From the NCBI GenBank assembly GCA_000165425.1, contig CT868004.1, positions 124,001 through 188,000 of the forward strand: a stretch of DNA of 64,000 nucleotides. Direction: 5' to 3'. This DNA is from Paramecium tetraurelia. Lineage: Eukaryota. A program made the translations under genes and the position numbers. Shown here piece after piece: positions 13,957 through 25,430 of the stretch; position 1 is the stretch's first letter, and each line of letters opens with the position of its first letter. A model generated the notes under the pieces. That model was not told the origin of the DNA, did not search any database, and saw only the letters and a list, made by a program, of their open reading frames with translations.

Positions 13957-14785
13957 TCACTATATAAATTATGAAGATTGTACTTCATGGTTGATAATAA
14001 CAGCAGTTCTTTAACTCTGTATTCTTAATTTATTCTTAGTATTAATTACTTTTAATTTTTATAACTTATTATTTCTGTTTATACATTAATCACTTTTCCC
14101 ATCTTTTTTTTACATTTATTTATATCCCAAATAGGTTCCCAAAATCATCTGCAGATGATTTTACTATATATGTTACTGTACTTTGAAGCTTTGTTAAATT
14201 ATATTCTTATTTTGATCTACAATATAAAATTGTAGTATTCTAAAAAACAAATAATAAAAAATTATTGAAACTGATTACAAATTATATTTTCAAATAAATT
14301 CATAGTCTTAGATAATTTAGAATTAATAAAATATGTAAAGAATTTGTACATTTTTCAAAGTTAATTATTTTGAAGAATTTCTTTGTAATAAATAATTCTT
14401 ACATTTTTTACTTAATATCTTCCCCAAAAAATAAGTAACCATTGATGATAATTAATTGAAAATTATTCAACGTCATTACTCAAATTGTGCTTTGAATAAT
14501 TAGTATCGTTAATTAATTTTATAATTTTTATCGTTTATTAGGGTTTTAGGATCATTGATCTTTGATTGATAATGACACTCTAAATTATTGGCATTCATTA
14601 ATTAATTATTACATTTTCTTGAATTTTTATAAAAGATTATGATTATTCCAAAAATTCTGGAAAAATAAACAACAAATCTTTCATCCGGCATAATAACAAA
14701 GAAAGATTTTGGAACTATAGAATTTAAATAAATTTCTCTAGAAGATCGCTTTATTTTTCAACATTATAAATAGTATAATATTGCA
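13957..14785 (-). pseudogene. Decayed third paralog of the multi-SP-RING family
   Basis: Collinear remnants FLCYYAG* (cf. RCYYQGC), QLIIINGYLF (cf. QIIYFDGYLY), FENIICNQF (cf. FKSIFCSF) and DDFGNLFG (cf. EEYQKIFG), with stops, frameshifts and deletions. Confidence 0.55.
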
Positions 14786-14801
14786 TTAAAAATAATATCA
14801 T

Positions 14802-16945
14802 TCATTTAAATCTCTACTAATAAAGTTACAAAGGTATTAATTAACCATTTTCAAAAATGAATTATTAAGTCTATTAGATATCCGGTTAAGTATGCTATTA
14901 TGTGCTTTATGCCATATGCATAAAATGAGTCTAGTTATATTATGGTTGCATCATTACTTACGGTTGATATTACTATTATTATAATTACTATCTTAATTAA
15001 AATATTTCTGATTGTTAATCCATTAGTTATTGCGATTATTATTATAATTATTATTATTGTTGTTATTATTAATATTATTATTATTATAATTATTATAATT
15101 ATTATAATTATTATTATTATTATTATTATCTTTATTATTACTATTCTTGATCTTAGCGTTATTTATTATCATTATGCCTTTACAATATTCTTTGAATATT
15201 TGGAATTTCGTTAGTTTAAGTATTTTCGAAGTAATTATTAGTTAGTTAATTCCTGAAATGTTCAAATGTACTTGTTTCTGAGCTAAGAGATGATATAAGA
15301 TAAAAGACAGGATCCCAGTAAAAGTCTGTAATTAATAGTTGTGGTTTGGCCTTGCAAAATTGGCAATCGCATTTAGGAAATTCACTAAAACTAAAATTAT
15401 TTTTCTCCAAAATTTTTTAAGGCCTTTTAATTCAACTGCGCGTTTTGCTTCGCAATATATCAATATTAGTGGTAGCTTAAGTTTTTTGTTTGATAATGTA
15501 CAAAATTATTTAGCATATGGATATATTCTAGTCTACTAATAGAGTGTTTTTATCTGTTTAAAATCGATGATTTGATGGCTTTAAAAAAATTTTGTAAATT
15601 TATCTTCACTTTTATTATATTCAAATTATTAACGATTGTTGGCTTTTTATAATGCATTATATAGATAGCCATCAAAATAAATAATTTATTCCAATGTTTT
15701 AAAATTATCATGTTTGTAATTACAAGCTGGACAAATAAAATAGTTCTTTTTTTCATGTTTATCTTGTATATAATAGCTTAATAAAAAGTCCTCAATGTCT
15801 TTCACATTTTATAATTCGCAATAATTGCATCTACTGGGAAATTAAATATATTCTAAATTTACTTTATATTTCGAAAAATGTAGTTTATTTTATAACTAAC
15901 TACTTAACTCTTTATTAATAATTTTCTTTAATTAACTTAAGATTACATAATCAAGGCCATTTTCTTTTGAGAAACAACTTCTTAGGTCAATATTTTTTAG
16001 AAACTCCTAAATTTTTATCTTTTAATATTCAAATCCACTTTTCTAAAAATCCCATATTAAATTTAATGAGAATGGGTAATTTTTTGAAATTGCACGACCA
16101 AAATCATAAGGAAATATAAGTTTCTGCTTTAATTAATTTAAATCTAATGGAATTAAAGTTTCGCAGCCTTAATAGTAACATCTTACAAATGGTCTTTAAA
16201 ATTATTCAGGTAACTTTTTTTCATCATCAATCAATTTTAGTATGTTCGTATATTCATAACAATCCAAATGCTTACATTCGCTTAATTAAACTGGTATGAT
16301 AATTTTTTAATAATTTATTAAACACTAAAATGGAAATTCCAGAATTCTATTAGTGTGTATGGGGTTGTTTTAATTAAGCTCTCTCGATTTTTATTCAATT
16401 AAATTAAGTAAGTTCTCTTTTAATGCATCTGCTTTGGATCTAGAGTTCTAAACAACTGCTGTAAATAATTATAAGTATTGATTTTTTTTAAGCAATTCTC
16501 TAGCTATTGGCTAAATTTCTTATGAAAAAGAGTGGAAGCATAATTATCCCACAATTGAGCAACTAAAAGATTTCTCACTCATGTTTTTGATTAAGAAAGT
16601 ATAATACTCTTCCTTTTTGATGTTTTTCTTGGTGCCCTTCTTATGGCATTTTTTGCAAGTAATTTCACCTTTGTTTAAGAAAATGTCATATAAATCAAAA
16701 ATCTCATGATTACAATCTTCTATACATATCTTAAATATAATTAAACATATTACTGGCACTTTGATTTATCTAATTTTTTTCTCACCAGATGTTAAACAAA
16801 TATCCAATTCATCACTTTTATATTTAATTACTTTTCCTCCAGGTTACAATTAAGCCAACAGTTCGGAGTACTCAGGTGATTTTCTGATCTCCTTTTCTTT
16901 CCTTGAGTAGTTTATTTAGCTCACTATGTTTGTATCCGACATCAT
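14802..16945 (-). CDS. Second four-SP-RING-like paralog with poly-Gln tail; apparent 1-nt frameshift at ~15413-15418
   Basis: IKVP|intron|ICIEDCNHEIFDL..CKKC; FQCLINYQKIIIPVQLSECKHLDCYE..CYYQGC; FPSRCNYC..ICPAC..YFDGYL; FCTLSNKKLKLPLILIYC..KCDCQFC. Intron is at the same position as in the + paralog. Confidence 0.75.
14960..15150 (-). repeat. (TAA)n microsatellite encoding poly-Gln
   Basis: Long TTA/ATT runs on + read TAA on the coding strand, interspersed with CAA/TAG. Confidence 0.8.
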
Positions 16946-17102
16946 TCTATAATTTTAAATATTAATATATTCTAATAACCAAAATAAGAATACTATTTAT
17001 ACTATAAATTACGATAAGTATGATTATATAAAATACTATCCAAAAATGATCTATTGGATTATTAGAATATAAAATTGAGAGCAAATAATTATTTTAAAAA
17101 AA

Positions 17103-18537
17103 ATGAAAAAAATTATATTCGCCTTAGGTTTTATATTGGCAATCAATATAATATTTTGTCAAATTTTGAATGCTTTTCCATCTTTCTCAATAACACTGGT
17201 AGATTGGAAAATCATAGGAAGGTAAAATAAATTAGTATATTTAGTACAATTAATGATTAATATGCTAATTATTTTTCAGCATTGGCATTCAGTGTGTGGT
17301 TGCTTTTAAATTATTATTTAGAAGGCTTTCGTTTCAATTCAATTTTAATAATTTTTGCCTTGTTTTTTTTCTATTTAGATAAAGTACCTAAACAATTTTA
17401 AATTAGGCGCTTTAATTATCAAGTATATTATCCAATATCTCAGCTATTTTTGCAATTTTATATTTATGGTCCTTGATCAAATGGAAGTATTACTCATTGC
17501 CACCTCCAAAAGGCAATTTTAGAACTTGTTATAAGGAAATACATATGAAAGATAAATATTAGACAAGTGTTTCAGTTTATTATCCTTGTCATGATTAAAA
17601 GTAGAAAGATGTTGACATTAAATGGCTACCAAATTTAAAATATTTCAAATAAATATATGAAAGAATTTAATTACAGTTGAAATGGGTTCCTCATTAATTG
17701 ATATTTGATTTTGGACTAAACTTCTTAAAGTAAATTTTTAGTTCAAATAATAGTTATATCACATTTAAGGCTAGTGTAGAGTAACCTTTACTCGATTCCA
17801 AACTTGATGTCATTATTTTTAGTCATGGGTTTACTTAACATAGAAATGCTTATACTTTTTTGTGCTAAGAATTAGCAAGCGAAGGCTACATTGTATTTTC
17901 ACCCCAACATACAGAAATGGTTTATCCTTGGGATTAAAAATAAACTAAGATCTTGCATTCTGGAAATAAGGCTGAAGTGATGGAGAAATATTAAAGTTTA
18001 AGAGCAACTCATTTAGATTGGAGATGTGATTAGGTAAAGTTTTTAATTTAGTAATTGTAAAATGGATAATTATAAGATACTTTCAAGAATTTAAAGCCTT
18101 TAAGTATTAGTTTGATCGGGCATTCTTTTGGAGGAGCTACTGTTCTCAAAATTGCTTAAGAAATTAAATTAGATAATGTGATTTCATATGATCCATGGTT
18201 ATTTCCATTCAATTAAGAAGAATTTAAAAAATAACTTAAAGGAAGAATATTAATCTTGAGCAAAGATATAAATAGAATTAAATAAGAAGTGTTTTAACCA
18301 AAGCTACTAGAGGATTTTCTAGAAAATAGAAAAGATGTTCAACACCATCGTATAAAAGGATTAGATCATGCCTATCCAAATGATTTAACTTATTTGATGG
18401 CTACTGAATTGACTATATTTGGAGAAATTAGAAGCATTAAAAATATTTAGTAAGTTAACGAACTTTTGATTACATTAACGAAAAAATATTTGAAGAATTA
18501 TCAATTCATTTAAAAAGAAACCAATCAATTTTATTGA
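17103..18537 (+). CDS. Platelet-activating-factor acetylhydrolase-like alpha/beta hydrolase
   Basis: Hydrophobic N-terminus; VIIFSHGFTQHRNAYTFLCQELASEGYIVFSPQH; nucleophile GHSFGGAT; YDPWLFP; GLDHAYPND. Confidence 0.9.
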
Positions 18538-18584
18538 AAATATATATTTTATCTATAAATCTTAAGTTATAGGGTACTAAATTT

Positions 18585-21500
18585 TCATTCTTCCTATGTC
18601 ATTATGAGGTTGTATGGTATTAAAGAGAATAATAAATTTGCCATTGCTTCCTCAGGTTGCATTTTACTTTGAGTCTGCATGAAATACCAAGCTCCTAATG
18701 TAATTTCATTGCATTCATGGAAAATATTGTGTCTAGCAAAGTCACTATATATATGTTGTTCAAAAAGTTCATCAGCTCTAATTAATTCTATTATTTAAGC
18801 TCCTATATCAGAATAATGATTCAGAGTAAAAATCTAGCTTAATTAATAACTTTACTTTTAGGATATTTTTGTTATTAATTTTTTAGAGGTGACAGTATAT
18901 ACTAATTCTTATTTGCTATTCTTGTAGTATAGCATTTACAGAGAGCAGGTTTTGAGTTATTTTTTTGTTTTACAAAAATTCAGAATATACCATTTGAATT
19001 TCCTACAATAAAATTGTTAATTACTTATTATAAATTCTCTAAACCTTCTTCATTGAAAGGTTGCTCGATTACACCAAATTCAACTGCTGGATTTTATTAC
19101 TACCCCTAATTTAGTATATCTAAAAATAGTTATTTAACATCTTCCTCCTGTTCTTCAAAGAGAGTAAAAAATTCATTGTTTTAATGTAAAGCCCAAACTA
19201 ATCTAGCTATAGTGTCTTCATCAAAATTTATAACTTCTTAATCGTCCTATTCATATAGATGAGCAAATAATGTGAGTAATGTTTTTAAATATTGATTATC
19301 TTTCTTATTAAGACTTTTTAGAGTTTTTAATGCTTTAGGTTAGAGAACAATTTAATCTATTTAGTATTCTTCACAGTCAAGAATCTATTAAAACATACCT
19401 AAAAATTGTTCAAATTGTTCACTCATTGATTCCTCAGTTGGTTCCTCTTCGAAATAGATTCTTAAAAGATTTTAAGTGGGATCTTTTTCAATTAAAAAAA
19501 AGTCAAAAGGAAACATTTCTGTTTTATCAAAAAGATAAAAAAGTCTTTAATTTTCACTAAAGGTTTATTTTTATGTTCTATTTTAAAAGTTTTACATGGT
19601 TATTGCTTAAAACTGTTCCAACTCTTATTTTGGGTCTTCATCAGCTAACATTTTGTCAAAAATCAATAAAATTATCTCAGTCTCATCAAAATCAAAGAAG
19701 TATAATTCATCTTAAAGTATGAATGATTAAAACAGCTAAATTAAATATTCAAATGAATTAAATTCGTAAATGAAATCCTTAACTTAAAATTCGGATCCAT
19801 ATCGGAAACTTTTAGCGAATTTATTAATCAAAGGTAATGTTTTATCTGTTATTATTTTGTTAATTTGAATCTCAGCATCCTCTCCTTCAGATAATTCAGG
19901 CTACTTCATCTAATTTATTTTCTTATCTTATTCATTTTATTTTTATTGAACCTAGTTTTTGTTGTTGTTGTTTGATGGCACATAACTCGTCATAAAATTA
20001 AGACCATCCTCATCCTCATCATCAATGTCGTCTGAATTAATATCAAACTCATCAAGGTGCTGAATAAATAAACATTTTTACCATCTACTTCTTACTTTGA
20101 TCTTATTACTATTATTTTGACTTTTAATCTATCAGATGATCAGGTTTTTTGATTTCTTATTCAGGTTTTTTAAGAGGTTCTTTAGTAGGCTCTGGTTATT
20201 TTGGCTATTCTTTTGAAGGTAAAGGTTGTTTAGGAGATTCTGGCTGCTTTGGTTATTCCTTAGGTTGTTCAGGCTACTTTGGAGGCTCTTGTTGTTTTGG
20301 TTATTCTTTAGGTGGCTCTGGTTATTTTGGTTATTCTTTAGGTGGCTCTGGTTATTTTGGTTATTCTTTAGGTGGCTCTGGCTATTTTGGCTATTCTTTA
20401 GGTGGCTCTGGTTATTTTGGTTATTCTTTAGGTGGCTCTGGCTATTTTGGTTATTCTTTAGGTGGCTCTGGTTATTTTGGCTATTCTTTAGGTGGCTCTG
20501 GTTATTTTGGCTGTTCTTTAGGTGGCTCTGGCTATTTTGGCTATTCTTTAGGTGGCTCTGGCTATTTTGGCTATTCTTTAGGTGGCTCTGGTTATTTTGG
20601 CTGTTCTTTAGGTGGCTCTGGCTATTTTGGCTATTCTTTAGGTGGCTCTGGCTATTTTGGCTATTCTTTAGGTGGCTCTGGTTATTTTGGCTGTTCTTTA
20701 AGAGGTTCTGGCTATTTTGGCTATTCTTTAGGTGGCTCTGGCTATTTTGGCTATTCTTTAGGTGGCTCTGGTTATTTTGGCTGTTCTTTAAGAGGTTCTG
20801 GCTGCTTTGGTTATTCCTTAGGTGGTTCAGGCTATTTAGGAGGTTCTGGTTATTTTGGCTATTCCTTAAGTTGTTCAGGCTATTTAGGAGGTTCTGGTTA
20901 TTTTGGCTATTCCATAAGGGATTCAGGTTATTTAGGAGGCTCTGCCTATTTTGGCTATTCTTTATGTGTTTCAGGTTATTTAGGTGGCTCTGGTTATTTT
21001 GGCTAGTCTTTAGGTGGTTCAGGTTATTTAGGAGGTTCTGGTTATTTTGGTTATTCTTTTGGTGCCTCAGGATATTTAGGAGGCTCTGGCTATTTTGGTT
21101 ATACCTTAGAAGGTTCAGGTTATTTAGGTGGCTCTGGTTATTTTGGATATTCTTTAGGTGGTTCAGGCTATTTCGGAGGTTAAGGCTATTTTGGCTACTC
21201 CTTAGGTGGTTCTGGTTATTTTGGTTATTCCTTTGGCGGTTCTGGGTTCTTAGGAGGACCTGGTTACTTTGGTTATTCTTTAAGAGGCTCTGGCTATTTT
21301 GGTGGCTCTGGTTGTTTTGGCTATTATTTAGGTAGTTCTGGTTATTTAGGAGGTTCTGGTTATTTCGGTTATTCTTTAGGAAGTTCTGGTTTCTTTGGGG
21401 GTTCCGGCTACTTTGGTTAAACTTTAGGAGGCTCTGGCTATTTTGGTGGCTCTTGTTTTTTAGGAGGATCAGGCAATTTTGGTTATTGTTTAGGAGTTTC

Positions 21501-23900
21501 AGGTTTCTTAGGAGGTTCTGGTTGTTTTGATTATTCCTTGAGTGATTCAGGCTTTTTCTGTGGTTCTGGTTATTTTGGTTGTTCTTTAGGAGGTTCGGTC
21601 TTTTTAGGTGGTTCAGGCTATTTTGGCTATTCTTTTGGATGATCAGGTTTTTTAGGTGGATCAGCTTATTTTGGTTATTCTGGCTTTTTAGGAGGTTCTA
21701 ATTATTTTAATGGTTCTTTTGGAGGCTCTGGTTTTTTTGGTGGATCTGGTTATTTCTGTTAAGGGGTTGGAAGTTCAGTTTTTTTAGGCTGCTCTGGTTA
21801 TTTTGTTTATTTCGGTGGCTCTGGTTTTTTTTATGCTTCTTATTAATTAGTATTTTAAGGTCTTTTTGGTGGTTCTTGAGAATAGTTTTATTATTTTTAT
21901 ATTTCTGATATTTTTGCTGGTTCAGTTTATTTCTATCTTTCCTATGATTATAATTATTATTTTTAGCGATCTTATGAAAATTCTTACTTTTATGTACTAT
22001 TTTAGTTTTATATATTTTTATTTCTATAATCATTGTTTTAAATTGATTGATTTTATTAATATTATACATCTAATTTGATCGATTAGTTTTGGTTAAAGAC
22101 TTTAGAGTTATCGAAATCTTTTTCATTTGATAAAGTAGATTTATTTTGGGAATTTTAATTAATTCTTTGATATTCAGGATATTTTATTTTTCCTTAAAAT
22201 GAATCATTATAATACTCTGTTTTAGGTAGTGCATAAACATCTCTATCCAATTTTTATTTTTAATCTTAAGTTTTTTCTTACCAGTTAAGCATATTATCTA
22301 GTTTAGCCTAAGGATTATTCAATCCATTATATTAAATGTTAGAAAAGGGTCGACTAAGTGTAGAATTTTGTAGGCTTCTTTCTAAATTAGAAGATTTCTA
22401 AAATGAGGAGCCCAGTGAATTTTTTCCTAATTAGGATTTTTAAGTGTGTGAGAATGAAGAATTAAATTAGTTTGACTATTATTAACTTTTCTCCAATAAA
22501 TCAATCAATTCTTCATAAAGAGTATCAACAAATGTTTTGATTTAATTAGATGGATTTTTTCCAGGGATTGCTTTAGAGTAAAACTGTCTTGCTTTAACAA
22601 GAGCATCAGTAAGTTTACCTTACACATCTTTTTTGGTTTAATCTAAATGATTGTTTAAGTCTTTTTATAAGGATATTTAATCAGATTATAAATTTTAGAC
22701 TTTATTGAAAAATACACTCAATCTTTGAAGTTGAAATATTTGCTATGAATTGGGAACCTTTTAATTTATATTTAGATTAGCCTCGTTTATTCGATTTTCG
22801 AGAATCAAATAATAATTTTCATCTAATTTGATTAATTCAAATTATTTTTGCACATTTACTAATTTAGTTTAAAGTTCATCTTTTTTGAGTTGATGATATG
22901 ATTTTTTATTAGGGAGCATCTAAAAATATTCTGGAGCCAATTCATTTAGATTATGAGTAATTTATTAATGAAAGTCATTATAGATGATTCTTCGATCTCT
23001 TTGACAAACAATTTGGCAAATGTAGCATATATCATCTATTGTTATTTAATTGTCATCGCCATCGTTGAGTATTTAATTAAATCTAAATAACTTTATAGAT
23101 ATACTTGCTAATGATATCCTCTTTATTAAATATGTTTAAGAAGTTAGTATTATTTTTTAGTATAGCAGATTATATTAATTGAATTGAAATGATGAACTAA
23201 GATTCCATTAACTCATCAATTGATTAAATATCCTAGAGCTAATTATTACAGGTTGTTTCGAGTAATTATTCTAAATTGAATTTTGTGATATTAATCAAAA
23301 AATTCCATCCTTGATCAGACCTAAATAATTCATATACTCTCAAAATTTAATCAACTTTTCTCAATATTTCTTTATCTATTTCTTCATTGTTCAATTTTTA
23401 TTAAAAATGATTTAAAAGATCTGTGGGTATTTAGTTTGCTTTCATTTTTATATAATTACGTAGTTCTGAAACATTGTAGTCTTCAGGGATCGTAAATTAT
23501 TGCTAATTTTTGTGTTAAAATAATGTGTAATCCAAGTGATCAAAAAATTTATTGAGTCTTCGTTCTAGAACGCAGAAGAACTTTCTTATAAACTCATCTA
23601 CTCGGAATCCTAGTAATAGTATTATTTTTAACCATTAATCACATTATTCCCAAAGGTTGTCAATAATTATTAGATAGAGCTATCGAATGATCTCACAGCT
23701 TTGTTTACAAGTTATAGGTTATCTTTTAAATAATTTGTTAGTTCTTAATGAGACTAATATGAGATTGGTATTTGTTAATTTGTGAATCTTGTTACAGGTT
23801 CAGCACTTTGGATACGATTGTCATATCTTAAACTGTTATTGATGGGTTTCATATTTGGTTAACTTGGTTTTTGATAAATGTACTCGTTATCTGATAGCAT
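18585..23900 (-). CDS. Large (~1750 aa) protein with central Pro/Gln/Glu/Lys repeat array
   Basis: ATG 23900 MLSDNEYIYQKP; open code-6 frame through (KEQPKQPEPP)n; acidic patch; helical C-terminal domain ending PYNLIMTQEE* at 18585; a few mini-introns. Confidence 0.8.
20150..21850 (-). repeat. Coding minisatellite, 30-bp unit (KEQPKQPEPP)
   Basis: About 18 near-perfect 30-bp units at 20281-20820, flanked by degenerate 18/30/48-bp variants. Confidence 0.95.
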
Positions 23901-24012
23901 TTTAAATAAATAAAAAATAAATAAGAAAATCTGTTAAGGATTCAAAATAAAATTCCAATATTAATTACAATTTATATATATAACTCGAGTAGATATCATA
24001 TTGAAAATTTCA

Positions 24013-25430
24013 TCATATTGAACTATCAGATTTAATCGATTTTTTGTGCGATAAACTAAAGAATAAATAAATATTATACGATCGATTGTTTGTTTTATCA
24101 CTAACTTTTCTGGATTGTTTTCGACTTCCTTCTGACAATTAGGACTAAAACATAGTTGATTATTGTTAAACGAATTAAGTAGATTGTTAAAGTAAGACTT
24201 AAGTTTTCTTGGCAGAAGGTCGAAGACTCTCTTTAAAATAATTATGTTGCAAACACTCTTTCGCACTTATTCTTTTGTTCTTATCATAACAGAGCATATT
24301 AGTCAATAAGTCAAAGCAGGAGTCTGATATATTATATTCGACTAATTGTTCAAATGAAAGTATGTTCTCATTATAGCAATATTACAGATGATCTAATTAT
24401 GATTACTAGAACAAATCCTGTTGAGTAATTCTAGGGTGAAATGAATGGATTACAGTTTGTAGAACACAACTCCAAGACTAAAGATATCACTCTTGTTGTT
24501 GTATTGAGGCTTCTAAGAATTGATAATTTCAGGTGCAATATATCCTGGAGTTCCACATTTTAGAACGCATAACGGACTTCCTTGTTTTGTTGCCAATCCA
24601 AAATCAATTAACTTAATGTTCAGGTTTTTGTCAATCATTATGTTGTCTGGTTTGATGTCTCTATGTAGCAATCCTTATTCATGTATATAGACAATGGCTA
24701 GCAAAATTTGCTAAAATATTATAATATATATTTTACTCTCATAATTGATTAAATTTCAGTTTAATGTAATTGAGTTCCATGCTCATTGATGAATCTTTCT
24801 AAAGTTTAACCATCCACATATTCATGTATGATGACTATTTAATTAGTTTTATCATATATTTCTTTAATTCTCACAATATTTGGGTGATTTAATCGGTACA
24901 ATATTTAGATTTCATTTATTATATCCTATAATTCAAATTATGAACTTATATTACATTCATTCTTTCGGTGTTTGATTTCCCTTCTCGAATCTTGTTCAGA
25001 AATTTTGCAGCTACTAACTACTTTGTCTACAAATTTTACACCATTTACACCTAATGTCATTCCTTATATATATACTTGTGAGAAGGCTCCAACTCCTAAA
25101 ACCTATTACGGAAGGTAGAATTGATTTATGTCAAGATAAACTATCTTAGCGTCGATTAATTTCTTTAATTCCCTAATTTTGTTGGCATTTGCCCTGAAGA
25201 GCTTCTATTGGCCTTAGTATGGAATAGAAAAACCATAAAAGTCCTCGTCGATGTGGAATGTTATTGTAGATCTTAGAGATACTTCCAATTGGTATTTGGG
25301 TTTTGCTTTTGTCTGGTTTATATAGTTTAATATATACTTCCCCAATAAATATACTTGAACCATCATAGGTTAATAAGTATTATTTATCAAATATTAGATG
25401 TTTTCTAATACACTAAAATTGAAATATCAT
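24013..25430 (-). CDS. PH-like domain + CAMK-type Ser/Thr kinase
   Basis: [47 protein letters not shown]; several mini-introns. Confidence 0.92.

Noticed and set aside
14942..15214. Poly-Ile ORF
   Set aside because: Antisense reading of the TAA poly-Gln tract
20281..20820. CRISPR-like regular array
   Set aside because: Contiguous tandem units with no unique spacers, inside a eukaryotic CDS, and no cas genes
20149..21335. Long Gly/Tyr/Ser-rich and Trp/Leu/Phe-rich + strand ORFs in the track
   Set aside because: Antisense shadows of the minus-strand KEQPKQPEPP repeat; the variation is synonymous in the minus-strand code-6 frame
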